From NCBI RefSeq assembly GCF_964030875.1, contig NZ_OZ034981.1:30001-62000 (forward strand): DNA of 32,000 nt, in the 5' to 3' direction. A program made the translations under genes and the position numbers. Shown here piece after piece: positions 1-9,423 of the stretch. The DNA is from Candidatus Saccharimonadota bacterium (GTDB taxonomy: Bacteria > Bacteroidota > Bacteroidia > Flavobacteriales > Blattabacteriaceae). Each line of letters begins with the position of its first letter. Positions within the stretch are counted from its first letter, which is position 1. The notes below the pieces were generated by a model. It had not been told where the DNA came from, searched no databases, and saw only the letters and a program-made list of their open reading frames with translations.

Positions 1-202
1 CTAGAACATGATCATAAAAACTAAAATCATTACAAGGAACACCATCTAACTCTGATTGTAGGATCCAATGTTGTTTACGAAGTTCTTTAGCAGACTTAAA
101 CAATTGTTCCTCTCTGATTGTTTCTTCCCAGTATTGTTCTATAGCTTTCTTTAGCTCACGATCCATTCCGATTCTAGGATAACCTAGATTGTGTTTGAGC
201 AT
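1..202 (-). CDS. metE: Cobalamin-independent methionine synthase (5-methyltetrahydropteroyltriglutamate--homocysteine methyltransferase), N-terminal part; the gene runs off the left edge
   Basis: The reverse complement from the ATG (cat at 200-202) reads MLKHNLGYPRIGMDRELKKAIEQYWEETIREEQLFKSAKELRKQHWILQSELDGVPCNDFSFYDHVL. This is colinear with the MetE N-terminus pattern LGFPRxGxxRELKKAxExYW...GDFxxYDHVL. It is absent from the ORF track only because the window edge truncates it. Confidence 0.8.
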   Translation of the reverse strand, partial: MLKHNLGYPRIGMDRELKKAIEQYWEETIREEQLFKSAKELRKQHWILQSELDGVPCNDFSFYDHVL

Positions 203-254
203 AAAATTCTCCAATTTTAGGGGAAATTGATATTAAAAAAATAATACAATTCGG

Positions 255-1208
255 ATGAAGAAGTATCCAAAAATAGTATTTATGGGGAGCTCAAGTTTTT
301 CTGTTGTCTCTCTTGAAGAAATTTTGAGAAAAAAATATAATGTCATTGGGGTGGTTACTGCTCCAGATCATCCTTCTGGAAGAAAACAAAAAAAAGAGAA
401 ATTTTCGGTAAAAGAATGTGCAATTAAGAATCATCTTGCGCTTTTGCAACCAAAAAATTTGCAAAATACTGATTTTTTAGAAGTTTTACGGTCTTGGAAA
501 GCCGATATAATTGTCGTAGTTTCCTACCGTAAAATTCCAAAGTGTATTTGGGAACTACCTCCTTTAGGTAGTTTTAATCTTCATGCTTCTTTGCTTCCAA
601 ATTACCGTGGAGCAGCTCCAATACAGTGGGTTATTATGAATGGAGAAAAAGAAACTGGAGTCAGTACTTTACTATTAAATGATAAAATAGACACAGGAGA
701 ATTGCTATTGCAGAGAAAAACTTTTATTGGACCAAAAGAAACTGCCGGAGATCTTTATCAAAGATTAGCTAATATAGGTGCTAATGCAGTGATTGATACT
801 ATTCAAGGAATTATTGAAAATAAAATAAAACCTAAACCACAGTCTATAAACGGGACTATAAAAAAGGCGCCTAAGCTATTTCATAGAGATGGAAAAATTA
901 ATTGGAAAGATTCCATAGAAACTATTTATAACAAAATTCGTGGTCTTAGTCCTTTTCTTGGAGCTTGGACGCAGTTAATGGATAATTCAGGTCAAAAATG
1001 TAAGTTGAAAATCTATTCTGCCAACTGTATACGTGAAAAACATGATATAACAGTAGGAAATATTCTCATCGATAATAAATATATGAAAGTCTCTCTAAAA
1101 GAGGGATATATTTCTATTGTAGAAGCACAAATAGAAGGAAAACGACGGATACCTGTAAAAGATATCATAAACGGAATGCAAGGAAAAAATTATACCATAA
1201 TCTACTAA
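255..1208 (+). CDS. fmt: Methionyl-tRNA formyltransferase
   Basis: 317-aa ORF with the formyltransferase core (IVFMGSSSF, FNLHASLLPNYRGAAPIQW) followed by an Fmt C-terminal domain. Confidence 0.9.
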   Translation: MKKYPKIVFMGSSSFSVVSLEEILRKKYNVIGVVTAPDHPSGRKQKKEKFSVKECAIKNHLALLQPKNLQNTDFLEVLRSWKADIIVVVSYRKIPKCIWELPPLGSFNLHASLLPNYRGAAPIQWVIMNGEKETGVSTLLLNDKIDTGELLLQRKTFIGPKETAGDLYQRLANIGANAVIDTIQGIIENKIKPKPQSINGTIKKAPKLFHRDGKINWKDSIETIYNKIRGLSPFLGAWTQLMDNSGQKCKLKIYSANCIREKHDITVGNILIDNKYMKVSLKEGYISIVEAQIEGKRRIPVKDIINGMQGKNYTIIY

Positions 1209-1238
1209 GATGCTTATTAAATGTATATCCTTAACCGT

Positions 1239-1312
1239 GGCGTGGTAGCTAAGCTGGTTATAGCGTCGGATTCATAACTCGTAGGTCGTGGGTTCTAGAC
1301 CTCCCCACGCTA
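1239..1312 (+). tRNA. tRNA with CAT anticodon (elongator Met or lysidine-type Ile2)
   Basis: Hand-folded 74-nt cloverleaf: acceptor ggcgtgg/ccacgct (G1-U72 wobble), D stem gcta/tagc, anticodon loop ttCATaa (CAT at 1273-1275), T loop ttctaga. The anticodon stem is weak (3 pairs plus 2 mismatches). It lacks the three G:C pairs of an initiator tRNA. Confidence 0.75.
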
Positions 1313-1342
1313 CTTTTGTAGAGATTATAAAATATAGTTTCT

Positions 1343-2437
1343 ATGAAATTCATAGTTTCAAGTTCACAACTTTTAACCCAACTTAAAATATTACTTGGAC
1401 TAATTAGCAGTAGTAATGCTCTACCTATATTAGATAATTTTCTTTTTGAATTACAGGGAGATAAGCTTATTATTACTTCGTCCGATTTAGAGACTACTAT
1501 AAGTTGTAAAACGCAAGTAAATTCTTACACAGTAGGTAAAATAGCAGTTACAGCAAGGTTTATTACTGATATAATCAAAAATTTTGATGAGCAAACACTT
1601 ACGTTTTCTACAAGAAGAGATACTCTAGAAATTACTTCAGAACAAGGATCTTATTCTTTACCATTTAAAAATGGGGAAGAATTTCCTAAAGCTCCGATTC
1701 TAGAGAGGCAAAATATGTTGCTGTTAAAAACAAATACTTTATTAAAGGTGATCAATAAAACTCTTTTTGCTACTAGTTCCGATGAATTTTTACTAGTAAT
1801 GACGGGTGTTCTTTTCCAACTGACTCCAGAAGGATCTACTTTTGTCGCTACCGATGCTCATAAACTGGTTAAACATGTGATAAAAGATTTAAAGACCGAA
1901 AAAATTACTGAATTCATTCTTCCCAAGAAACCATTGAAGCTGCTTAAAAATATGCTTTCTGAAGAAGGGGAGCTAACTATAGAATATAATGAAACTAATA
2001 CCCGTTTGATTTTTGACAACAAAATTCTGACATGTCAACTAATTAATGGAAAATATCCAAATTATGAAACAGTAATTCCAAAAGAGAGCAATAAAGTTCT
2101 TACTATTAACCGAAAGTTCTTTTTAAGAATTCTGAAAAGAATTTCTATTTTTTCTAATAAAATTTGTTTCCATTTCAATAGAGACCAAACAAAAATAATT
2201 GCAGAAGATGTTGATTTTTCAAACAAAGCGCAAGAAATCTTTCCTTTCGATTATAAGGGAGAAGACATTACAATAGGTTTTAATTCAAAATTTATTATAG
2301 AAATACTATACCATCTACGTTCTGAGGAGATAATATTTAAAATGTCGGAACCCAACCTCGCCGGTATTTTAATCCCTTTAGAAAATGAAGAAGGAGAAGT
2401 TATGATGTTAGTTATGCCTATAATGCTTAACGATTAA
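1343..2437 (+). CDS. dnaN: DNA polymerase III beta subunit (sliding clamp)
   Basis: 364-aa ORF of typical length with a three-domain clamp-like sequence (MKFIVSSSQLL..., ...ATDAHKLV..., C-terminal LVMPIML). Confidence 0.9.
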   Translation: MKFIVSSSQLLTQLKILLGLISSSNALPILDNFLFELQGDKLIITSSDLETTISCKTQVNSYTVGKIAVTARFITDIIKNFDEQTLTFSTRRDTLEITSEQGSYSLPFKNGEEFPKAPILERQNMLLLKTNTLLKVINKTLFATSSDEFLLVMTGVLFQLTPEGSTFVATDAHKLVKHVIKDLKTEKITEFILPKKPLKLLKNMLSEEGELTIEYNETNTRLIFDNKILTCQLINGKYPNYETVIPKESNKVLTINRKFFLRILKRISIFSNKICFHFNRDQTKIIAEDVDFSNKAQEIFPFDYKGEDITIGFNSKFIIEILYHLRSEEIIFKMSEPNLAGILIPLENEEGEVMMLVMPIMLND

Positions 2438-2453
2438 AAATATTTGCCATTGC

Positions 2454-4532
2454 ATGAAAATATCTTACAACTGGCTGACGAAATATTTATACTCTGAATT
2501 AACGGCTAACCATATTTGTGAAATACTTACTGATATAGGGCTTGAAGTAGAAAATTGTGAAGAATTATATAGTCCACTTTTAACGAAAAAAGATTATCTA
2601 CTTGAAGTAAATATTACACCTAATCGTTCATATGCTCTTAGTCATTTTGGTATAGCAAAAGATATTTATGCTGCTCTCAAGGTGAGAAAATATAAAGTAG
2701 AAATTCATAGACCTGATATAAAGAATTTTAAATCAGAGAAAAGTGTTTTATGTTTCCCAATCTCTATAAAATCTCCTGAACATTGTATACGTTATAGCGG
2801 ATGTTTTATAAAAGGTGTAAGAATCTCCCCCTCTCCTACTTGGCTACAGAAACGGTTACAATCTATACAATTAAATACTATTAATAATGTCGTAGACGTT
2901 ACCAACTTTGTTATGAACGAGATAGGGCAACCTATTCACGTTTTTGATTATGATAATATTAAAGGAGAAAAAATATACATAAAAACATTATCTAATAATG
3001 GGATACCGTTTCAAACAGTAGATAAGAGAAAATATCTCCTTCATAAGGAAGACCTAATGATTTGTGATACTCATAGACCACTTTTTTTAGCTGGTATTTT
3101 AGGAAGTATTCATTCAAGCGTTACTGATAAAACACAAAATATATTCCTTGAAAGCGCCTGTTTTAATACTATGAATATAAGAAAAAGTGTTAAAAGACAT
3201 GCTGTGAACACTGATGCTTCCTTTCGAGTTGAACGTGGAACAGATCCCGAACAAGTACTTTATGCTCTCAAACGAGCAGCACTACTAATACAAGAAATTG
3301 CAGGTGGAAGAATATCTGAACCTATAGATCTTTATCCTAAACCTGTAAAATGTTTTACAATAGAATTGCGTTATGAAACAATCAATAGGATTTTAGGTGA
3401 AACGCTTCGGAAGAATGAAGTCAAAAAAATTCTTTACTTATTGGATATAAATATTTTATCAGAAAATAAAAAAATGCTCAGGGTTTCTGTCCCCCCAAAG
3501 AGAATAGATGTCCAAAACGAATGTGATATCATAGAAGAAATTTTAAGAATGTATGGATATAATCGGGTAAAAACATCTGGAACCTTTTGTTTTTCTCTAA
3601 AGGTCGAAAAAAAAATACCTAATTATGAAACAACGAAAGAAAAAATATCCACATTTTTGAATGCACAAGGCTTTTATGAAGTAATTAATTTATCTATGAC
3701 GCATTACAAATATAAACAATTCTTCAGGGACGAATCTTTTAAAGCTATTGAACTATTAAATCCGCTTAGCGAAGATTGCTCCCTTTTGAGACAAAGTTTA
3801 TTGTTCGGACTTTTAGAACGTGTTTCTCATAACATTAATCATAGGAATACTTTTTTAAAACTCTTCGAATGGGGAAAAATTTATGGCAAAAAAAACGAAA
3901 AATATATAGAAAATGAACGTTTATCGTTGGTAATAAGTGGAAAAAAAAATAAAAAACATTGGTTACACTCCAATGAATTCTTTTCATTTTTTGCACTAAA
4001 AGGTATTGTGGAAGCTTTACTAAAAATCAGTGGGGTTACCCATTTTGAACAAATACTTACAGAAGACAACCTATTAGGTAATAGTCTTTTGTTTACCTAT
4101 AAACAGTATGATCTAGTTAGACTGGGATGTGTCAAGAAATCTATAATAGAGCATTTTGATATTAAACAAGAAGTATTTTATGCTGAAATATATTGGGAAT
4201 ATTTAATAAAAATATTTAAGGTAAACAGAATTGTTTTTAATAAATTGCCTAAATATCCTGGGGTTCGTAGAGATTTATCTATTTTGATAAATAGAAATAT
4301 ATCTTTTGAAGAACTCTATCAAGAGTCGAAAAAAACCGAAAAAAAACTTCTTAAAGAAGTACATCTATTTGATGTATATGAAGGAGAAAAGCTACCTTTC
4401 GGGAAAAAATCTTATGCTTTGAGTTTCTATTTTGAAGACCAAGAACGTACTCTAACTGTTGATCGTATAAATCATGTTATGGATAACATCCGTAACGCTC
4501 TTAAAAAATCCTTATATGCAGAGTTTAGATAG
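2454..4532 (+). CDS. pheT: Phenylalanine--tRNA ligase beta subunit, short form lacking the B2 OB-fold tRNA-binding domain
   Basis: 692-aa ORF. The N-terminus MKISYNWL..LTDIGLEVE is the B1 domain. It then runs almost directly into the ITPNRSYALSHFGIAKD motif that normally follows the roughly 100-aa OB-fold domain. B3/4, B5 and the C-terminal FDX-ACB-like end (KKSYALSFYFEDQERTLT) are present. Confidence 0.9.
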   Translation: MKISYNWLTKYLYSELTANHICEILTDIGLEVENCEELYSPLLTKKDYLLEVNITPNRSYALSHFGIAKDIYAALKVRKYKVEIHRPDIKNFKSEKSVLCFPISIKSPEHCIRYSGCFIKGVRISPSPTWLQKRLQSIQLNTINNVVDVTNFVMNEIGQPIHVFDYDNIKGEKIYIKTLSNNGIPFQTVDKRKYLLHKEDLMICDTHRPLFLAGILGSIHSSVTDKTQNIFLESACFNTMNIRKSVKRHAVNTDASFRVERGTDPEQVLYALKRAALLIQEIAGGRISEPIDLYPKPVKCFTIELRYETINRILGETLRKNEVKKILYLLDINILSENKKMLRVSVPPKRIDVQNECDIIEEILRMYGYNRVKTSGTFCFSLKVEKKIPNYETTKEKISTFLNAQGFYEVINLSMTHYKYKQFFRDESFKAIELLNPLSEDCSLLRQSLLFGLLERVSHNINHRNTFLKLFEWGKIYGKKNEKYIENERLSLVISGKKNKKHWLHSNEFFSFFALKGIVEALLKISGVTHFEQILTEDNLLGNSLLFTYKQYDLVRLGCVKKSIIEHFDIKQEVFYAEIYWEYLIKIFKVNRIVFNKLPKYPGVRRDLSILINRNISFEELYQESKKTEKKLLKEVHLFDVYEGEKLPFGKKSYALSFYFEDQERTLTVDRINHVMDNIRNALKKSLYAEFR

Positions 4533-4781
4533 AAGTGGGGTTCCCCATTTATCTAAAACAATACAATTTTTAGTCTTTTTATTCATGACATTATCAGCAT
4601 TTTGGTGTATAAGATTCTTAGTTTCTATAATTCCCTACTGGATCACAATGGGATCAGTTTATGGTATAATAAGGATGAAGTGCAAAGAAAACCAACAAAA
4701 AAAATAGTATGGGGTCAACATTCTTGATGTGGATCGTAGGCAAGAGGGTACAAAAGCATCTAAGAGTTCAATGTACTGTTT

Positions 4782-5756
4782 TTAAGGGGTTTTAAGACGT
4801 TTCCATAAAGCCTCTTTGAGTTCTTCTAATCCTTTTTTATTATGAGAAGATATGAATATCGGATGTAAATCTAGAGGAATTTTTTCTTTAATACTTTGAT
4901 TGTCTAATAAATCAGATTTAGAAATAACCAAAAGATGCTTTTTATTCATAATATTAGGATTATAAGCCGATATCTCTTTCAAAAGAATATCATATTCTTT
5001 TACAACATCTCTAGAATTAGCAGGTATCAAAAAGACAAGCACTGCATTACGTTCAATATGACGAAGAAAACGATCCCCTATCCCTCTTCCTTTACTTGCC
5101 CCATCTATAATGCCAGGAATATCAGCCAGTATAAAGGATTGTTTATTTTTGTACTGCACAATTCCTAGTTGAGGAACTAGAGTCGTAAAAGCATAATCTG
5201 CAATTTTAGGTTTGGCTTCTGTAAGTACGGAAAGTAGTGTAGACTTTCCTGCATTAGGAAATCCGACGATCCCTACATCTGACAATATTTTTAGTTCTAA
5301 AAAAATCCATTCTTCTTTTCCTGTAAACCCAGGTTGTGAATATTTCTTTAACGCATTTCTAAAATGCCAATTACCTAGACCACCTCTTCCTCCCTCTAAC
5401 AGCATTTTTTTTTGCCTTTCCTGAGTGATTTCAAAAATCAGATTTTCTTTTTTATCTTTTACTATTGTTCCAATAGGGACTTGCAATACTAGATCTTGTC
5501 CTGACGCTCCTTTCATCCTATTTCCTTTTCCTGGTAGTCCGTTTTCAGCTTTATAATGCCTGTTATATTTAAAATGAAGTAACGTCCATATTTTACAATT
5601 CCCCTGCAAGAAAATACTTCCTCCATTTCCTCCATCTCCTCCGTCAAAACCACCTTTATACACAAATTTTTCCCTACGAAAATGTAATGACCCGGAACCT
5701 CCATCTCCACTTTTGCAAAAAATTTTTACTTGGTCTATGAAATTACCTGTATACAT
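4782..5756 (-). CDS. obg: GTPase Obg/CgtA
   Basis: 324-aa ORF with a glycine-rich Obg fold (GDGGSGSLHFRREKF..GGFDGGDGGNGG) and GTPase motifs (GFPNAGKST, DIPGII, SKSD). Confidence 0.9.
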   Translation of the reverse strand: MYTGNFIDQVKIFCKSGDGGSGSLHFRREKFVYKGGFDGGDGGNGGSIFLQGNCKIWTLLHFKYNRHYKAENGLPGKGNRMKGASGQDLVLQVPIGTIVKDKKENLIFEITQERQKKMLLEGGRGGLGNWHFRNALKKYSQPGFTGKEEWIFLELKILSDVGIVGFPNAGKSTLLSVLTEAKPKIADYAFTTLVPQLGIVQYKNKQSFILADIPGIIDGASKGRGIGDRFLRHIERNAVLVFLIPANSRDVVKEYDILLKEISAYNPNIMNKKHLLVISKSDLLDNQSIKEKIPLDLHPIFISSHNKKGLEELKEALWKRLKTP

Positions 5757-5857
5757 GAAGAAATTATATGATAGATCTCCAGAAGGATGTTTTAAGTTCG
5801 CGCATAAAAAAAGTCAACGTGCTATATGTCCGTAGTGATATGCAGGATGGGTTTAAA

Positions 5858-7249
5858 CTATATATGAATACATGTACCATAGGCATCAGATACAGCTTCC
5901 ATAATTGCTTCACTAAGAGTAGGATGAGGATGTATAGACTTAAGAATTTCATGACTGGTTGTTTCTAATTTACGAGCGATCACAGCTTCTGTAATTATGT
6001 CCGTAACACCTGTACCTATTATATGACATCCTAGCCATTCACCATATTTAGCATCAAAAATAACTTTAATAAAACCTTCATTTTCACCATTAATAGTGGA
6101 TTTTCCAAGAGCCGAAAAAGGAAATTTACCGACCTTAGTATCATATCCTTTTTCTTTAGTTTCTTTTTCAGTGAGACCTACTGAGGCTATTTCCGGACTG
6201 CAATAAATACAACTCGGAATATTTCCATAATCGATAGGTTCTACATCCAGACCTTGGATATGCTCTACACAGGTAAGGCCTTCGGAAGAAGCAACGTGTG
6301 CTAATGCAGGGCCGTGTACTACATCACCGATGGCATAATAACCATCAATATTTGTTCGATAAAAATTATCCACTATAATAGATCCCCTACGATCCATTTT
6401 AATACCTACTTCTTCTAATCCGAGTAATTCCACATTAGGCGTAACACCTACGGCTGAAAGTACTACATCAGTTTCTATAATTCTTTCTTGTTTAGGACCT
6501 TTAATAGAAACTTTTAGGTCTTTACCAGAGGTATCTACTTTAAATACTGATGAAGAAGTAAGAACTTCTATACCACTTTTTTTAAAAGAAAGTTCTAGTT
6601 GTTGAGAAATTTCCGAGTCTTCTGTTGGAAGAATATTAGCAAGCTTTTCTATTAAAGTAACTTTCGTTCCCAACGTATTATAAAAATAGGCAAATTCGAC
6701 TCCAATTGCTCCTGAACCTACAACCATCAGACGTTTAGGAAGCTCAGACAAGACAAGAGCTTGACGATAATCTATAATCTTCTTACCGTCCTGAGGAAGA
6801 TCGGGAAGATTTATAGAACGTGCTCCAGTAGCAAGGATAATGTACTGGGATGTGTATTCACATTCTTTTTCATTTTCTTTAAATACAATAACTTTTTTCC
6901 CAGGATGAATTTTCGCCCTTCCAAAAATCACTTCTATTTTATTTTTCCGCATCAAAAAATTAATCCCTTTTCTCATCTTTTCAGACAGATTTCTGCTACG
7001 TTTAATAATACTAAGAAAATCGAAATGAATATTTTCAGCGATCAATCCATAATCTTCTGCATGTTTAAGAGAATGAAATGTATTTGCACTTTTAAGCAAA
7101 GATTTAGTGGGTATGCACCCCCAATTTAGACAAATTCCACCAAGATGCTCTTTTTCAATAATGGCTGTTTTCAGACCTAATTGTGCAGCTCGTATCGCCG
7201 CTACATAACCACCGGGACCACTACCAATAACGATTAAATCAAAATCCAT
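5858..7249 (-). CDS. lpdA: Dihydrolipoyl dehydrogenase (E3)
   Basis: 463-aa ORF with the FAD site DLIVIGSGPGGYVAAIRAAQLG, the redox disulfide GGICLNWGCIPTK and the C-terminal HPHPTLSE interface motif. Confidence 0.9.
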   Translation of the reverse strand: MDFDLIVIGSGPGGYVAAIRAAQLGLKTAIIEKEHLGGICLNWGCIPTKSLLKSANTFHSLKHAEDYGLIAENIHFDFLSIIKRSRNLSEKMRKGINFLMRKNKIEVIFGRAKIHPGKKVIVFKENEKECEYTSQYIILATGARSINLPDLPQDGKKIIDYRQALVLSELPKRLMVVGSGAIGVEFAYFYNTLGTKVTLIEKLANILPTEDSEISQQLELSFKKSGIEVLTSSSVFKVDTSGKDLKVSIKGPKQERIIETDVVLSAVGVTPNVELLGLEEVGIKMDRRGSIIVDNFYRTNIDGYYAIGDVVHGPALAHVASSEGLTCVEHIQGLDVEPIDYGNIPSCIYCSPEIASVGLTEKETKEKGYDTKVGKFPFSALGKSTINGENEGFIKVIFDAKYGEWLGCHIIGTGVTDIITEAVIARKLETTSHEILKSIHPHPTLSEAIMEAVSDAYGTCIHI

Positions 7250-7416
7250 ATAAAAAAGACGTTAGAAAAATTCTAATATATATTTTAAGTAATAAATTTG
7301 CCTCTAAACATGAGGAAGTATAATCGTAGTAACGTAAGGCAAAGAATCACACACTGAGTGGAAGAAAAATAATCGGAGCTTAAGCACGAGATAAACATTG
7401 ATATTACGGATAAAAG

Positions 7417-8325
7417 ATGAAGAAACAACTACGCGGGATAGGTATAGCTCTCGCAACGCCTTTTGACGAAAAAAATAGAGTAGATTTCAAAGGTTTAGAA
7501 CGACTAACAGAACACGTTTTAAAAGAAGATATAGATTATCTAGTTCTTCTAGGTACTACTGCTGAATCAGCAACATTGAAAAATGAGGAAAAGAACGATA
7601 TTATACGTTGTATTCATTCTATGAATAAAAAAAAAGTCCCTATTGTCCTCAGTATCGGAGGTAATAATACCGAAAAAGTAATTCAAAAAATTGAACAGAC
7701 CCAGATTTTTGATTTTGAAGCTATTCTTTCAATAGTACCTTATTATAATAGACCTTCCCAAGAAGGGATTTATCAGCATTTTAAACAAATAGTAGAGAAA
7801 ACCAAGGCTAAAATTATTTTATATAACGTACCTTCTCGAACAGGATCTAATATTCTTCCAAAAACTGTATTACGGCTTTCGAAAGAATTTGAAAATATTG
7901 TAGCTATTAAAGAAGTTTCTGGAAGCCTTATACAATCTTATGAAATCATAAAGGAAAAGCCTACACATTTCAGTGTAATTTCCGGAGACGATATCCTAGC
8001 TCTTCCTACTATTTTAGGTGGAGGGGACGGTCTGATATCAGTTCTTGGACAAGGTTTTCCAAATGTCTTTTCTAAAATGGTACATAACGCACTAGAAGGT
8101 AATGTGAAAGAGTCGTTTAAACATTATTATCAAATGTTAGATCTGATGAATCTTATTTATAAAGAAGGAAACCCTTCAGGTATTAAATCATTATTACATA
8201 TATTAAACGTATGTGAATCTTATGTTCGTTTACCTATTGTAAGAGCTTCAGAAATTCTTTCAAGAAAAATAGAGGAGGCTCTCAAGCGTTATATAAAAAT
8301 ATGTAACAAAAAAACTTCCGTATAG
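7417..8325 (+). CDS. dapA: 4-hydroxy-tetrahydrodipicolinate synthase
   Basis: 302-aa ORF with DapA family motifs (GIGIALATPF, LLGTTAESATL, YNVPSRTG, IKEVSG). Confidence 0.9.
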   Translation: MKKQLRGIGIALATPFDEKNRVDFKGLERLTEHVLKEDIDYLVLLGTTAESATLKNEEKNDIIRCIHSMNKKKVPIVLSIGGNNTEKVIQKIEQTQIFDFEAILSIVPYYNRPSQEGIYQHFKQIVEKTKAKIILYNVPSRTGSNILPKTVLRLSKEFENIVAIKEVSGSLIQSYEIIKEKPTHFSVISGDDILALPTILGGGDGLISVLGQGFPNVFSKMVHNALEGNVKESFKHYYQMLDLMNLIYKEGNPSGIKSLLHILNVCESYVRLPIVRASEILSRKIEEALKRYIKICNKKTSV

Positions 8326-8378
8326 TAGATTGAAACGATTTTCTTTACAAAGCGATAGCCAAAAGTAATTAAAAAAAT

Positions 8379-8672
8379 ATGAACTATACCGAAATTATCG
8401 ACCGAAAAGAATTAGAAAAGTGTGGAGAAAATATTTATGTAATTATAAATATACTTGGGAAGCGTTCGAATAAAATTATCAATTATATTAAAATTAAATT
8501 ACAGAAACAACTTGAATCGTCCTCAAAAAATTTATTAGAGAATATTCTTGAAAAGAAAGAACAGATAGAAATCTATAGAACTTATGAAAATCTTCCGAAA
8601 CCGACCTCCATGGCTATTCAAGAATTGATAGATGGAAAGTTATTTTTCTATAACCCAAATGAGTATAATTAA
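8379..8672 (+). CDS. rpoZ: DNA-directed RNA polymerase omega subunit (Bacteroidota type), probable
   Basis: 97-aa ORF. Its layout NIYVIINILGKRSNKI...KEQIEIYRTYENLPKPTSMAIQELIDGKL resembles flavobacterial omega as recalled from the family; no search was run. Confidence 0.6.
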   Translation: MNYTEIIDRKELEKCGENIYVIINILGKRSNKIINYIKIKLQKQLESSSKNLLENILEKKEQIEIYRTYENLPKPTSMAIQELIDGKLFFYNPNEYN

Positions 8673-8713
8673 CCCCTAATGGAGCAGGAACTGCATAAAC
8701 CTGCGGCTAGAAT

Positions 8714-8904
8714 TTAAAACCCGTATTCGGATATCATGAATAAGTTACTCATCTTAAAGGTGAGACGTAAACTGCGCAAGCTTTAGCTGCTACACTAGCG
8801 TATAGCACGAACACTTTCTCTGTGGCAAGTGCACTTCCATCAAATACATACCCAGTAATTCCTTGTTTAGCGATACCTTGTTTAGCGATAAGTGTATGCG
8901 GTAT
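8714..8904 (-). pseudogene. Possible eroded transketolase C-terminal remnant
   Basis: A minus-strand open segment at 8749-8904 reads IPHTLIAKQGIAKQGITGYVFDGSALATEKVFVLYASVAAKACAVYVSPLR*. A downstream fragment in another frame reads SNLFMISEYGF*. In order, these resemble the transketolase C-terminal motifs IA+GGYVL.D, IFIATGSEV..A..AA and RVVSMP, then LLFEEFGFT. There is no start codon, the frames are broken, and much sequence is missing. Confidence 0.3.
8861..8890. repeat. 15-bp perfect tandem duplication (ccttgtttagcgata x2)
   Basis: Read directly at 8861-8875 and 8876-8890. On the minus strand it duplicates five codons (IAKQG IAKQG) in frame within the putative relic. Confidence 0.9.
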
Positions 8905-8971
8905 CTATAAAATATAAGCTTAGCATTCCAAAAGGAACACGAGATTTTTTACATTTTTGGTTGATCTCCTT

Positions 8972-9059
8972 CGTTATGATTTAACAGTGCCTTTTGCACG
9001 TTATGATTTAACAGTGCCTTTTGCACGTTATGATTTAACAGTGCCTTTTGCACGTTATG
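8972..9059. repeat. 27-bp tandem array, 3 perfect copies plus a 7-nt partial copy (unit cgttatgatttaacagtgccttttgca)
   Basis: Copies at 8972-8998, 8999-9025 and 9026-9052 are identical. Positions 9053-9059 repeat the first 7 nt. Confidence 0.95.
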
Positions 9060-9423
9060 TTTTTTCCTTTTAAAATCTATAAACAAGTATGGAGGTTGAA
9101 TAGTCCTCAAAAAGCTAGAATTTTATAAATGTGATGCCGATGTTATCAGCTCTAGATCAATTTAACTTTACGATGCCTTAACTCAGATTACCAGTTCAAT
9201 CACAGAGAATATAATTAAACATCTTTAAGTGTTTTTATAAATTCTTTTATGGTTATAAACGAGGAAAGAAGGCTTTAAATTTGAACCTTAGATTAGTTCG
9301 TGGTATTACACAGGAATGATATGCTAGGTCGGAGGGGTGCGGAACTTCCTTTGGGTTGAAAAACGTATACATTACGGATACATGCTAGACGTAATATTTA
9401 ATACATTCCATCATAATTATATA

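Noticed and set aside
3881-4069. Short antisense or alternate-frame ORFs inside long genes (3881-4069, 4935-5168, 5212-5424, 5513-5710, 5764-5952, 5768-5968, 6761-7129, 9765-9992, 11849-12064, 12163-12414, 12219-12401, 16828-17022, 19806-20003, 22517-22738, 23661-23852, 28168-28365, 28732-28923, 29083-29286)
   Set aside because: All are embedded in, or overlap, well-supported conserved genes. Their translations are low-complexity with no recognisable motifs, and they are the expected shadow ORFs of AT-rich coding DNA.
4474-4707. 77-aa ORF overlapping the pheT 3' end and filling the pheT-obg spacer
   Set aside because: Its first 20 codons are out-of-frame pheT sequence. An internal 40-aa hydrophobic peptide (from MTLSAFWCIRFLV at 4586) could be a small membrane protein or another relic. 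There is no recognisable family signature, so it is not called.
5600-5700. Periodic cctcc/tttcc repeats on the + strand
   Set aside because: This is the antisense of the glycine-rich Obg fold (GGxDGGDGGNGG, GDGGSG). It is coding periodicity, not a non-coding repeat.
8684-8704. Hairpin gcagg-11 nt-cctgc 12 nt after the rpoZ stop as a terminator
   Set aside because: The stem is only 5 bp with a large loop and no following T-tract, so it is not convincing as an intrinsic terminator.
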